Shown here in pieces: positions 12,524 through 25,562 of a stretch of 60,000 nucleotides of DNA; position 1 is the stretch's first letter; each line of letters begins with the position of its first letter. This DNA comes from Malacoraja senta (Eukaryota), in NCBI GenBank assembly GCA_038087875.1, contig CM075998.1:870001-930000 (forward strand), in the 5' to 3' direction. A program made the translations under genes and the position numbers. The notes beneath the pieces were generated by a model. The model was not told where the DNA came from. It worked only from the letters and a program-made list of their open reading frames with translations, and did no database searches.

Positions 12524-12775
12524 CTTTAGTTTAGTTCACTTTAGTTTGGAGATACAGGCCCTTCGGCCCACTGAGTCCGTGCCGACCAGCAATCCCTGCA
12601 AACTTACACTACTCTACATACACTAGGGACGTCTTCGGAGTGTGGGAGGAAACCGGAGCACCCGGAGAAAACCCACGCAGGTCACGGGGAGAACGTACAT
12701 TGATAGGATGTCAGAAACCCGGGTCTCTGGCGCTGTAAGGCAGCAACTCTGCCGCTGTGCCAATGCTGTGCGGCC
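12524..12775 (-). mobile_element. HE1-type V-SINE
   Basis: (TTTAG)n tail, V-domain and tRNA head on the minus strand. Confidence 0.85.
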
Positions 12776-13472
12776 CTCTCTTTTAAGAATGTTTTCGGAA
12801 TAATTAGATGAATCAGAGACTCTTTGGCGTGAGTCTCCAACTCATTGATCTGCTGTGGCCAATAAAGGTTCTGTTAACATTGCTGCTGTGAACTGGTTCG
12901 GGCACCTTTACAAGGAGTGTTCCAGGTGCCAATAGCTGAGGGAATCGCTAATAGTAGATGAATACATTTTTTGGGGCAAAACAAGTGAACTGCTTGGCTG
13001 TGAGAGGTCGTGTGATTTGGATGAAGCGAGGGCTCCAAAGCAATGTTGTTCAAGGTCATGGAAGTGTCTAAGTTGCCTGGTGTTTTGTGCCTTTAGTCTA
13101 TGAATGACGACTCCCTCCTGGTTTATGCTCTGGAATATATTCCGAGCTTTCATCTCCACTCTACTCTCATTGACTCTGTGAGTGCTGCAGCATGTGTTTG
13201 GAACAGTCGGCCTGGCCTGAGTCAAATAAGATTCCACTGATCTTTGATCCCCATTGTATTGTTCTGATTTGTTCTCAATGTCTTCAAATAATCCTCTTCA
13301 GTTCAGGAGCATCTCTGAGTGTTGAGGTACGCTGGCAACCATGGCAACATGTAAAGAATTGCTTGGCCAGGCTTATCCTTCCATCTTGCATTGCTGTTGT
13401 TTTGATGACGACATCTTATAACCACGCAAGTTGCCTGAAAAATGACGAATCGTGAAAGGAGTCTTGCAACCT

Positions 13473-13616
13473 GTATGTGTGTGTGTGGGTGTGTGTGTGT
13501 ACGTGTGTGCTTGTGTTGGTATGTACGTGTGTGTATGCGTGTGTGTGTATCTATGCGTGCATGTGCGTGAGTGTGTACGCACGTGCGTGTGTGTATGTAT
13601 GTGCCTGCATGTACAC
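13473..13616. repeat. Degenerate (TG)n microsatellite
   Basis: Directly visible; similar tracts at 35435-35485 and 38762-38850. Confidence 0.95.
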
Positions 13617-14055
13617 AGTCAAATTTCTCCCTTTCACCTCTCCAACCTTTGTGATGTTTTATTTTCTGGTCATTAAGCCTGTACCTGGTGTTACCCAGCA
13701 ATTTTACTTTCCGGTCATTTAAAAAAATTAAAATAAAAAAAAAAAAGATTCATAATAAAACATGTAAAAGAACCGTGCAGAATTCTTTATACATTCTTTG
13801 TGACTTATTGTTCTTATTATTATTCTTCGTGCCTGACAGGCTTTCCAGAGATGGACACAAACGGCTGGAGTAACTCGGCAGGACAGGCAGCATCTCTGGA
13901 GAGAAGGAATAGGTGACGTTTCAGGTCGAGTTTCGACCCGAAACGTCACCCATTCCTTCTCTCCAGAGATGCTGCCTGTCCCGCCGAGTTACTCTAGCTT
14001 TTTGTGTCGATCCTCCTTGGGAGAAAACTGGAGCACCCGGAGAAATAATTCCTAA

Positions 14056-14375
14056 GAGCCCTGTCCCACGGTACGAGTTCATTCCAAGAGTTCTCCCGAG
14101 TTTGCCCTGATTCGAACTCGGAGATTTACGGTAATGCCCACTCGTCGGCACTCGAGGCTCTCGTGGACATTTTTCATCATGTTGAAAAATCTTCATGAGT
14201 CTTCCCGTGCTTACCTGCCGTTAGCGAGTCTTCCCGAGTACCTGCCGTTAGCGCTAAGAGACGTCCCCAAGCTCCGACGTACCTGCTACGTTCATTCTCT
14301 GTGCTTACCACAAATTTGATTTTTTTAAAACTCGGGAGAGCTCTTGGAATGAACTCGTACCGTGGGACAGGGCTT
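14056..14375. mobile_element. MITE, PIF/Harbinger-like (TAA TSD), second copy
   Basis: taa|GAGCCCTGTCCCACGGTACGAGTTCATTCCAAGAG...CTCTTGGAATGAACTCGTACCGTGGGACAGGGCTT|taa; near-perfect TIRs of about 45 bp. Confidence 0.88.
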
Positions 14376-14579
14376 TAACCATGTCCGCAAGCGCCTTTTA
14401 TGAGCCCTGAATGACCTTTCATTGCACTTGACAATCTGAATCCTTTTCACAGGATGGAAAAAACAAACATTGGAAGGCATAGCTTTAAGGTCAGAGGGGC
14501 AAGTTTCCTTCTCTCCAGAGTTTCTGCATGTCCCACTGAGTTACTCCAACTTCTTGTGTCTATCTTCGGTTTAAACCTT

Positions 14580-14960
14580 TAAAAAAAAATTTCAAAATAG
14601 ACTTTATTCGAGAAATAAATATATACAATACACGATCCTTACAAAACTCCATCCGACATTCTCGGAGGCTATACATACATACAATATAGTTTCCCCAAAT
14701 CACAATTTTACCCCACACCCTTGCCACTCTTGTGGCCCACTGCGTGGGATACCTTCCCTTATTGTGAGGGGCGTCTCCACCACACCCTGCCCCCCATGTC
14801 CAGCAGCGGAAGGACCCTAGACTGTGGCCATCCCCCACCGAGCCTTGGCGTTGGCTGCACCGAGCTTCAGTGCGTCCCTCAGCACGTACTCCTGCAGTCC
14901 GCAGCGGGCCAGTCGGCAACATTCCCCGACGGACATCTCGCTCCGCTGGGTGGTGAACAA
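14580..14960 (-). mobile_element. Tx1/L1-clade LINE 3' fragment nested in a Penelope-derived repeat
   Basis: Minus strand reads LFTTQRSEMSVGECCRLARCGLQEYVLRDALKLGAANAKARWGMATV*, followed by a 3' UTR with AATAAA. Confidence 0.65.
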
Positions 14961-15269
14961 CGATCAGGCAGACCAAACTGCAGTTCCCTCCTGCAAATGC
15001 TTTCCAGAGATGCTGCCTGACCCGATGGATCAGTTTGAGCAGAAAGTGCACCTGAACCAGCGCGGTTGTGAATCTGCCTGGGGTTAGCTGCTGTGGCAGG
15101 GGGCTGAAGATGAAGCATAGTGCTGCAGCCAGGGCCCTGCCACATTTTGTATCTGGTGGGGCATTTAAATGAATGAATGAATAAGTTTATTGGCCAAGTA
15201 TTCGCATACAAGGAATTTGCCTCGGTGCTCCGCCCGCAAGTGACAACGACATACAGTGACAGTCATTTC

Positions 15270-15660
15270 CAAAGATCCTATAGCGAGCAAGATAGATCAC
15301 TCGACGAAAAAGACGTAGTACGGTCATGGGCAGATTCATGGGTAATTCTCAGCCCCGTTTCCGTAACCTGCTTCCGTCTCCGCACCAAAGATCCCGTAGC
15401 GGAGCAAAGATACTAGTGCGGAGACGGAAGCCGGTTACGGAAACATCCCCGTAAAAGTTCTTTGGTAAAAATCTTCTCCTCATTTTCAGAATGATAATTT
15501 ATTAACACAAACTGTTCCCCCGCAACGTTGATTACACTGTAAGTCGGGTCGGGTACAGAAATGGATGACAAAAAGGCCACGTTCCACTCCGTTGCGTACT
15601 ACACGTCAGCCCATTGCATTTAGCAGGAGTGGTCTATCTTGCTCCGCTATAGGATCTTTG
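15270..15660. mobile_element. MITE with CAAAG termini and 8-bp TSD (P- or hAT-superfamily-like)
   Basis: TIR CAAAGATCCTATAGCG(G)AGCAAGATAG; TSD GTCATTTC at 15262-15269 and 15661-15668; CpG-rich interior with an internal TIR-like copy near 15385. Confidence 0.82.
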
Positions 15661-16419
15661 GTCATTTCCCTCTCAACAAGCTCGCTGAACCTTCCTGATG
15701 CTGACTGTATCTCATTAATAAACGGTTGTCTGCATTTTCCAAGTTTCCGGTTGGATAGCGTGAGTTTGTGCAATGCTGGCAGCCCCGTACACACACACCT
15801 CTCTGTAATTACCTATATAATTGGAGGCTTCAGTTGATGCTGCTTCCGTGCTTCATGCAAAGAGAGAATAAATTTGAATTTAAATGATACGAATGTTTCT
15901 CTCATCGTTTCCCTGTGAACCCAAAGCATAATCTTTCAGAGGAGCCGCTGCACGAAGGATCTGAGATGCTTTTATTTAATCTGGGACAGTTGTTTTCCAA
16001 TGTGAACTTTAGACCTTACTTTAGACTGTAGAGATACAGAGTGGAAACAGGCCCTTCGGCCCTCCGAGTCCGCGCAGACCAGCGATCATGAGGTGCGGAG
16101 GTGGATGGTTTTACTCTTCACTCTGGGGAAGGGGCAACCTTCAGTGTGAGTGTTCCTGCTCCAGTGTCAGGTTAACTGTGTCTGAGCTCCACAAAGCCGC
16201 TTTCTCTGCGTTTGCCCTTTTTACAGTTCCCCGTAAAGAAAGCAAATCGCTTTTATTTTGGGTCAACTCCATTCAAATTGATTGATGACTTCTGCAATTG
16301 GGACACAGAAACAGAACCCAGGTCTTCACAGAGTGGCAGGAGATTAATATCGGGCGGTGAATCAGTTTAGTGCGAGAATCCTGAAGGTATTGATGAATCC
16401 GTAGCAATATTACCCTCTA

Positions 16420-16665
16420 AGTTTTAGTTTGGTTTAGTGTTAGATTTAGTCTATTGTCACGTGTACCGAGGTACAGTGAAAATCTTTTGTCGCGTGCTAG
16501 CCAGTCAGTGGAAAGACAATACGTGATTACAATCGAGCCTTTCACAGTGTGCAGATACATGAAAAGGGAATAACATTTAGTGCAAGGTAAAGCCAGCAAA
16601 GTCCAATCAAGGATAGTCCGAGGGTCACCTATGAGGTAGATAGTAGTTCAGCACTGCTCTCTGGT
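16420..16665 (-). mobile_element. Non-LTR retroelement 3' tail (Rex/Babar- or RTE-like, unclassified)
   Basis: ATTGTCACGTGTACCGAGGTACAGTGAAAA motif with a (TTTAG)n end; recurs at about 10800-10915 (+), 21600-21955 (+) and 22795-22930 (-). Confidence 0.6.
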
Positions 16666-18199
16666 TGCTCTTTATCGGGTTGCACATCTGTCTTGCCCTC
16701 AGCTGTGTCCTGGGCTGTACCTTGCTTCTGCAGACTTCTGTTGCGGTTACTTTCTATGCATTAATGACTCTTTCCCCTCATCGGCTTTCACGAGCGTAGG
16801 ACTCTGGATACCAGTTAAACAAATAGGATTCAACTTCACTCCATTCCCTGGAGATGACAAAATACAATCACTGAGATCCCTCATGGTATGCCCGAGCTAT
16901 AATGGGAGCTTTTAGATGTCAATTGATTTATATGCAACTAAAATAAATCCTCGTTTCTGTTTATAGCGCACTTGCTGCCCACTTACAGTGAAAACACAAG
17001 CACTTGCATGCCATTGTCTGACGCCTGAGGAACTAGAAGATAAATCTCTCTCTCAGCAATGGACTGGTGCCAAGTAGAGGGTGCATAAATCTATTTTACT
17101 GCACATTACTACTCTCAATTATGCTCCTCTTTGGGGAAAATGAGACTGGATTCTAGTTCAGTTACTTGAAAACCTCTTGAGATTGCATTGGTTCCTGAGA
17201 GTGTAATGGTTGCTTCATCTGTGGTTTGGTGAGTCATGCTTTGCCTCGTATGTAGGGAGGTTGATGCCTCTCGCTTTGGAGACATGAGTGCAGAACTCCA
17301 GGCTGGTGCTCATGGTGGAACAGCGAGGAAGTTCGATACCTACCCCTTAAACAGCATTAGATACCGATAATCTGGTCACTTCTCACACTGCGACCGAGGT
17401 GGAGTGGATGTGGAGAGGATGCTTCCAGTCATGGGTGAGTCTAGGGCCAGAGGCCATCAAAGGACGTACCTTTAGAATGGAGATGAGGATGAATTTCTTC
17501 AGCCAGAGGGTGGTGAATCTGTAGAATTCCTTGCCACTGACGGCTGTGGAGGCCAAGTCATTCGGTATCTTTAGAGCGGAGATTGATAGGTTCTTGATTA
17601 GTTAGGGTGTCAACGGTTACGGGAGAAGACATAGAACTAAGTGAGTAGAACTAACGGATCAATGGCGGCCAGGCCGAAGGGACGGTTTCTGCGCTGTATC
17701 TCTAAACTAAAATAAACGGGTGGATCAGGCAGGACATGTGGAGAGAGAAGCAAAGATCGTGTTCCAAATCAATAACTTTCATCAGCATCAATGGCACACG
17801 TTGCCTGCACAGCGTTGCTTGAATATTAGCACAGTGATGGACATTTCCTCCTTGTTCACCTCCAACAAGCAGTTGCAAACCCCAGTATATCTGCTGGATT
17901 TTGCTACTCGTGCAGCAGGGTGGCAACTTTCTGTTGTTTTCATGACCTCTCCACCGGTGCTGTCAAAATATCTGCTCCCTGGTGTTTGATCTTGTCCACA
18001 GCCGGGCCTGAGCTCTCCTTACCTTGTACGAGCTGAGACTTTGCTGGAGCGTGCAATAGACCTGGACAGAGTGGATGTGGAGAGGATGTTTCCACTGGCG
18101 GGAAAGTCTAAGACCAGAGGTCAGAGCCTCAGAATTAAAGAACGTTCCTTCAGGAAGGAGATGAGGGGGAGTTTCTTTAGTAAGAGGGTGGTGAGGACT

Positions 18200-18955
18200 G
18201 TCTAAATGGCGTCAAGTTGGGAAAAGGGGAAGTACAACGGGATCTGGGGGACCTTGTACATCAGTCTATGAAAGTAAGCATGCAGGTACAGCAGGCAGTG
18301 AAGAAAACCAATGGCATGTTGGCCTTTATAACAAGAGGAATCGAATATAGGAGCAAAGAGGTCCTTCTGCAGTTGTAAGAGCCCTAGTGAGACCACACCT
18401 GGAGTATTGTGTGCGGTTTTGGTCCCCTAATTTGAGGAAGGACATTCTTGCTATTGAGGGAGCGCAGCGTAGGTTTACAAGGTTAATTCCCGGGATGGCG
18501 GGACTGTCATATGCTGAGAGAATGGAGCAGCTGGGCTTGTACACTCTGGAGTTTAGAAGGATGAGAGGGGATCTCATTGAAACATATAAGATTGTTAAGG
18601 GCTTGGACACACTAGAGGCAGGAAACATGTTCCCGATGTTGGGGGAGTCCAGAACCAGGGGCCACAGTTTAAGAATAAGGAGTAAGTCATTTAGAACAGA
18701 GACGAGGAAACACTTTTTCTCGCAGAGAGTGGTGAGTCTGTGGAATTCTCTGCCTCAGAGGGCGGTGGAGGCAGGTTCTCTGGATGCTTTCAAGAGAGAG
18801 CTGGATAGGGCTCTTAAAAATAGTGGAGTCAGGGGATATGGGGAGAAGGCAGGAACGGGGTACTGATTTGGGATGATCAGCCATGATCACATTGAATGGC
18901 GTTGCTGACTCGAAGGGCCAAATGGCCTACTCCTGCACCTATTGTCTATTGTCCA
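18200..18955 (+). mobile_element. CR1-clade LINE (HER1-like) 3' fragment, relatively young
   Basis: ORF RPHLEYCVRFWSP...RRMRGDLIETYKI...TRGHSL...FFSQRVVSLWNSLP is the CR1 ORF2 C-terminus; an in-frame stop upstream; (ATTGTCT)n tail. Older CR1 pieces flank it at about 17400-17710, 18060-18195 and 18957-19180. Confidence 0.93.
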
Positions 18956-19361
18956 TTGAATCTGTGGAATTTATTGCCACAGAAGGCTGTGGTGGCCAAG
19001 TCAATGGATATTTTTAAGGCAGGAACAGATAGATTCTTGATTAATACGGGTGTCAGGGGTTATGGGGAGAAGGCAGGATAATGGGGTTAGGAGGGAGAGA
19101 TAGATCAGCCATGATTGAATAGCGGAGTACAGCAGATTGGCCAAATGGTCTAATTCTACTCCTATCGCTTATGAAGTTATGAACTGGAGTTTGGACTTGC
19201 CAGCACAGCAAGGTTACAACTATGAATGACACATTCATATGTTTCCACCCCCAAGTAAGAATGTAGAGAATGTGTAAGATTTGTGGAAGCTGATGTGACC
19301 ACACTGTGAACAGGGAGTGTGTGGACCTTGGTATCACTGGCAAATTGCTGTGGTGGTTAAG

Positions 19362-19548
19362 ATAAAAAATGCTGGAGAAACTCAGTGGGTGAGGCAGCAT
19401 CTATGGAGCAAAGGAATAGGTGACGTTTCGGGTCTCGACCCGAAACGTCACCTATTCCTTTGCTCCATAGATGCTGCCTCACCCGCTGAGTTTCTCCAGC
19501 ATTTTTGTCTACCTTCGATTTTTCCAGCATCTGCAGTTCCTTCTTAAA
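19362..19548. repeat. Near-perfect palindrome of the Penelope-derived repeat
   Basis: Arms of about 70 nt centred on GGGTC-TC-GACCC (centre 19435/19436). Confidence 0.9.
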
Positions 19549-19624
19549 GAACTCTCTGGGTGAAGATGTTTCTTCCCAACTCCCCATTGAATTTACTGGT
19601 TACCAATTTTTATAAGCGGCCCAT

Positions 19625-20050
19625 AAGACGTAGGAGCAGAATTAGGCCATTCGGCCCATCGAGTCTGCTCCACCATTCGATTATGGTTGATCTATTTTTT
19701 CCCCTCAACCCCATTCTCCGGCCTTCTCCCCATAACCTTTGACATCCTTACTAATCAAGAACCTGTCGATCTCCGCTTTAAAATACCCATTGACTTGGCC
19801 TCCACAGCCGTCTCTGGCAATGGTTTCCACAGATTCACCACCTGGCTAAAGAAATTCTTCCTCATCTCCATTCTAAAGCTATGTCCTTTGACTCTGAGGC
19901 TGTGCCCTCTGGTCCTAGACTCTCCCACTAGTGGAAACAACCTCTCCATGTCCTCTCTATCGGTACGTTTCAATGAGATCCCCCCACCCCCTCATCCTTC
20001 TAAACTCCAGCGAGTACAGGCCCTGTGCCATCAAACGCTCCTCATATGTT
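19625..20050 (-). mobile_element. CR1-clade LINE 3' fragment
   Basis: Minus-strand LFPLVGESRTRGHSLRVKG...FFSQVVNLW and the CR1 tail. Confidence 0.85.
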
Positions 20051-22194
20051 AACCTAGGCCCCGACCCCGAGTTCTGGTTTCCCTCACAAGTTTAAAAACG
20101 CCTCCTCTACATGTACTTTACCCCACCTTGCCTTTTAGGCTATGTTTATGAAGTCCATCAATCATTTTTATCATTCATAAAAATGACGCTGGTGTAAAAT
20201 ACTAATTCAGTGTTCATGAACAGACATTGTTTTCTAATTAACTGGTTTCAATGAGATGCCCTGTGTAACCTTGAGACACACATAATTACTGGACTAATTG
20301 AGCCCCGCGCTCACATTTTAGCTTCGGTTGCTGAGGTAATTGTCTGTAGGTTCTTTATTGCTGTGCAGAGCAAAGGTGTTCTGTCTGAACATTATTTGAT
20401 TCTGTCTTGATCTTATCAATTATGCCTGTGACAGCTCTTTGCAAGAACATTTCAACGATTCTCACTGCCTGCTCTTTCTCCTTGACCCAAAACATTTAAC
20501 CCTTCAAGAACTTATCCAATTCCCCTTTGAAAGTTCCTGTTGAATCACCCTTTTGGGGCTATTTATTCCAGGCCACAACAACTCATCCTTTTATGCGAAT
20601 GAAAAGGACCCACAAATGGTGGTTTATACCAATGATAGATACAAAATGCTGGAGTAAGCCAGCGGGTCAGGCAGCATCTCTGGAAGAAGGGTTGCGACGC
20701 GAAATGTCTTGCATTCCTTCTCTCCAGAGACGCTTGCTGTCTGACCCGCTGAGTTACTCCAGCATTTTGTGTCTTTCTTTGATGTGAACCAGCATCTGCA
20801 GTTCCTTCCTACACATCTCTAGAGAAAATGAATAGGTGACGTTTCGGGTCGGGAGCTTTCTTCAGACTGATAGTGAGGGGGTGGGGGGGGGGGGGGGAAG
20901 GAAACTGTAATAGAGGGGCAGATTAAAGCCTGGTTTGTAATAGGTGGATACAGGTGAGGGGGGGGGGGGGGGGTTGATGGGCAGATGTTCGGACAAAGGC
21001 CAGCGCTGAAAAGACAGAAGGTGTGAGACAAAAGGATTTTGCAAATTGTGAAGCTAAAGTCTGAAGAAGGGCACTGGCCTGAAACATCACCTATCCATGT
21101 TCTCCAGAGATGCTGCCTGACCTGCTGGGTTACTCCTGCATTTTGTGTGTAAATCTTTGGTGTAAACCAGCATCTACAGTTCCTTCCTACACACTGAATT
21201 CTGTCTTCTAGCTGAGGGTCAGCGAGTATTTTTTGTTGGGTTTAGTACAAAGTCCTCGCTTTTATAGTCCATTAATAAAGTCCCGAATTCTATATGCTCT
21301 TTTTTATTGTCAGTCTTTTCTACATGTCGTTCAAAGACTTACATGCCTGAACCTCTGGGTCTCTCTCTTCCCATCCTTCCCACCTTAAGGATGGGTATTA
21401 TTTTGTTCTTTACTTGCTCTTTTCCGTGCTGTTTTTCTTTAATTGTCCCGTGGCTTTTCAAAATGCCACTTTAATTTTGTCCCAGATTTTTGTCCCTGGA
21501 CATTTTCCCACTGCCGATATTCGTCTGATTGCCCTGAAGTTGCTGCCGTTATTCCTCTAAATATCATCATCACAACACTATCCTGCGAGGATGGGAAGAT
21601 TGTAGGCATAATCAAAGACTTATCCCACCCCTGTCATTCCTCCTTCTCCCCGCTCCGGTCCAGCGGAAGGTACAGAAGCGCAAAAGCCTCAGGAACAGTT
21701 TCTTCCCCTCTAAGCTGGGGAACCATCCGATTCACCTCTACCCCATTGCGGACATTGGACCTTGTCTGTGGAGCTGGTGTGCTACAATGCTGAGAACTAT
21801 ATTCTGCACTCTGTATCTTCCCCTTTGCTCTATCAATTGTACTTGAGTTTGACCTGATTGCATTGATGTATAGTATCATCTGATATACTTGGATAGCATG
21901 CACAGCAAAGCTTTTCACTGTACCTCAGTACACGTGACAACAACAAACCTAAACCTGGGCTGAGCCTCCGCACTGCCCTCGGTAAAACAAGAACACACCC
22001 CGCCCAGAACAGGCTCGTCATGGAAAGTTTGTAGCTGTTTGAAAACATTGAAAGATTTTTGCCACGATTATTATCCCTCGACATTTAATGGGGACGGTGT
22101 GAGCAGTTCCCAAGTATAATCTTCAGGTTGCATTTTACATCCAGTCGTTCCCTCCTCCTTCACTGCTAACCCAGTTGTTTTCATTCCTCCTCAG

Positions 22195-22253
22195 AGGCCT
22201 TTGTGAGCAGTCAGGAATGGACGTTAAGCCGCTCGGTTCCGGAGCTCCGCTTG
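22195..22253 (+). CDS. AGAP2: AGAP2 exon (AFVSSQEWTLSRSVPELRL)
   Basis: Pyrimidine tract and tcag acceptor ending at 22194; donor GTAAGT at 22254; 59 nt, phase 1 to 0; peptide is the conserved AGAP motif SQEWTLSRS.PEL. Confidence 0.95.
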
Positions 22254-23052
22254 GTAAGTTTGTCCTGTTTTCTTTGCTCCTCGGTCCCAGGACCTGCGGG
22301 CGCCATTTTGGCTGTGACGATGGCAACCCGAAACGTTATCCATTCCTTCTATCCAGAGATGCTGCCTGACCCGCTGAGTTACTCCAGCACTTTGTATCTA
22401 TCTTCGGTGTAAACCAGCATCTGCAGTTCATTCCGACACAGTACAAATGAGCTCATGGCTCAGACTTGTGCGTCATCTGTAAAAAACAGGTTTACAGAGT
22501 TTAGTTTAGTTCAGAGATGCAGCGTGGAAACAGGCCCTTCGGCCCGCTGAATCTGCGCCGACCAGCGATCCCCGCACATTAACACTCTCCTCCCAATGAG
22601 CCCAATGCTTTTAACGGCCGGTTTGAACCGAACTCGGTGCGTTCCCCCATCCCTGGGGGCTCAGTCCCGTACATCTCAGTGGCAGAAGTCCAATCCCAGA
22701 GATGATGCCACATAATCGTAACTATGCTTCATTCCGTTACCGTTCTTTAAAATTCGTGCACACTACAATCTTGCTTTGCACTCGCCGTTACATTTTAGTT
22801 TAATTTATATTATTGTCATGTGTACCGAGGGACAGTGGAAAGCTTATTGTTGCGTGCTGAGTATACATGATTACAATCAAGCCGTCCACAGATAAAGGAT
22901 AACGTGTCCAACATTTAGTGCAAGATAAAGTCCGATTATTGTTGTGTTTGTCATTACTGTGTGTCTACGGTTCACTCTGTGAGCTTCGTGTGAACAAGGA
23001 ATTTCATTCCACCCTGGTTTCTATGACGGTAAACTTGTTTGAATCTATGCAG

Positions 23053-23140
23053 GGATTGGTTGGCAGTCTGCGCAGTGGCAAATCTGCCCTTGTCCATCGA
23101 TATCTGACCGGCACTTATATCCGGGATGAGTCTCCGGAAG
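23053..23140 (+). CDS. AGAP2: AGAP2 exon, GTPase-like domain P-loop ([29 protein letters not shown])
   Basis: cag acceptor ending at 23052, GTAAGT donor at 23141; 88 nt, phase 0 to 1; GxxxxGKS Walker A motif. Confidence 0.95.
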
Positions 23141-23534
23141 GTAAGTGCCTTCATACCTCTGAGTTCTTAGCAATTCTAGCCTTCACGTAAGGTAATAGTA
23201 TGATTCTAGAACACTAGGTGTTGGAGTTACTCAACAGGTCAGGCAGCATCTCTGGAGGTTATGGATAAGTGATGTTTTGAGTGGGGACCCTTCTTCAGAC
23301 TCTGGCACTACTTCAAAGACGAGCAGTGTTCATTTCCATGGACCGGGCCATTCATTGGAGCTTTAGACTTTAGAGATAGCAGCAATAGACAATAGACTTC
23401 TTCTTCTTGCGTATGGCGTGCACAGCCTAAAGTTGTAGGACAACTTGTTTTATTTGATCTTATTTGATTGTGCACGCCAGGTTGATTGCATTAGTCGAAA
23501 CAGGGCGGACCACGTGAAGGTTGCAATCTTCCAC

Positions 23535-23693
23535 AATAGACAATAGGTGCAGGAGTAGGTAATTCGGCCCTTCGAGCCAGCACCACCATTCAATGTGATC
23601 ATGGCTGATCATCCCCAATCAGTACCCCGTTCCTGCCTTCTCCCCATATCCCCTGACTCCGCTATTTTTTAGAGCCCTATCTAGCTCTCTCTT
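23535..23693 (-). mobile_element. CR1 3' tail, with a (GAA)n-tailed RTE-like fragment (about 23397-23533) nested in its tail repeat
   Basis: Reverse complement of about 18790-18950; CAATAGAC repeats on both sides of the (CTT)n-started insert. Confidence 0.75.
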
Positions 23694-25562
23694 GAGCAGC
23701 TCGATCAATCTGTGCCGCTCTCGTGAAAAAAAAGCTGTTCCAGCTGCCAATTCAAGGAGCTTTCATTTTGCTCCCTTCCCACCTCCCCGGCAGTCCGACG
23801 GGCTCTCTCCCCAGCTCCAGTGTTTTCAAAAGGAAACTCTTCAAAGCAACAAAGGAAACGTGGACTTTGAATGCACAGCAAATTAATCTTTCATTCCTGG
23901 AGATCGGTGGCCATGCTCAAGGAGTTGGCAACGCTAATTCATGGTTGTCCTGAAATGTATTCATTTGTTCATTTCCATTTAAAATAGGAGATTTGTAACG
24001 GATTTGTAACCGGTGATTTCATAGCCATTGCCCTTTTGTAGCCGGGGAATTCGGCATCGCGGAGGGGCCCAGTCGTGGAAGATGGTGATGTGTGAGGCGA
24101 GATGGGGGGCTAGCAGAGTGGGCGCAGGCTGGCAGGGTGGGCGCAGGCTGCCAAGGCCACAACATCCTCAAACGGGGACTTGCGGGACATGGCATCCGCT
24201 CAATGACTGCGGGAGGTTCAGGAGCCAACAAAATGTGTCGGGAGAATCTGAAAAATGCTGGTGTAACGTGGGCAGACACAAAAAGCTGGAGTAACTCAGC
24301 AGGGCATCTCTGGAGAAAAGGAAAAGGTGACGTTTCTGGTCGAGACCCTTTTTCTGCCTGCAGAAGGGCCTCGACCCGAAACGTCATCTATTCCTTTTCT
24401 CCAGAGATGCTGTCTGATCCCGCTGAGTTACTCCAGCTTTTTGTGTCTATCTTCGGTTCAGGAGCAAGTTGCTCATGAGAGTGGAGCCCCCTTAAACAGA
24501 GCGATTAAAACCAAACAGCACAGGAAAAGTTGTGCTTGTGCCATTGAAGTGGCAACTTGCTAATAATGGCCAACAGCTCATCAAACTCAATGGTTAATCA
24601 ATTAACCTTAAATATTCTTTGTGAGGCCATTGGGCTCAATGGACCTGAGCTCGTATTTCAACCACAATAATGGATCTTTCCGCTGAACGCATCATTCCCT
24701 CAAGGCCTCCAGGTAAGAAATATTGAAGTAATTAAGGTTTAATAGATTGCTAATGCTCTGCCCGTGTGCACATGTCATGTTAAACTCACAATGGGGAGCG
24801 CACGTTTGCTTTAGGGTCAATGCCCAACTGACTAGCTCCAGCAAGGCAAGCTGGCAACGCACCTAAGGGTGGTGTCAGCAGAAGGTGCCCAGATAGCCCG
24901 ACTGGAAGGACTGCAGATGCTGGTTTAAACCAAAGATAGAGACAAAAAGCTAGAGTAACTTAGCGGGTCAGGCAGCATCTCTGGAGAAAAGGAATAGGTG
25001 ACGTCTGCATCCCCTCTGTCTCTGTCCCTCCCTCGTTGTACTAGCTTCAAAGCGGTCTTGTTAAGTTTCATTGTCTATAACTCGTTTTCACCTCGGCCAC
25101 AACTAACAACTTGCCGGTGTCCTTTATCATCGTTACCTTCTTGCATATCTTTCATTCATTTGTTCTATATATCTCTATATCACAGTCTATATCTCTTGTT
25201 TCCCTTTCCCCCGACTCTCAGTCTGAAGAAACATCACCTCTTCCTTTTCTCCAGAGATGCTGCCCGACCTGCTGAGTTAATCCAGTATTTTGTGTCCAAC
25301 CCGACTAACTCCTCCACCGAAGCTGAAAGCTGTTGCTGCCAAACAAGGACTTCCTGCTTAGGGGAGATAGAAGTAGATTTACACCCGCTGAACACTACCG
25401 AGAAGTAAAATACATCTCCGATGTGTGATACGGCACAGCCCCTGGGTAGCGGGAACCGGCAGGTGAAGTTCTTCACCAACACACTGTCAGTGGGAGACAC
25501 GCTTCAACAGCTCACGTTCATATTTTCAACATTTCTTCCGCCCTCCCCTCCAAATATTGGGT

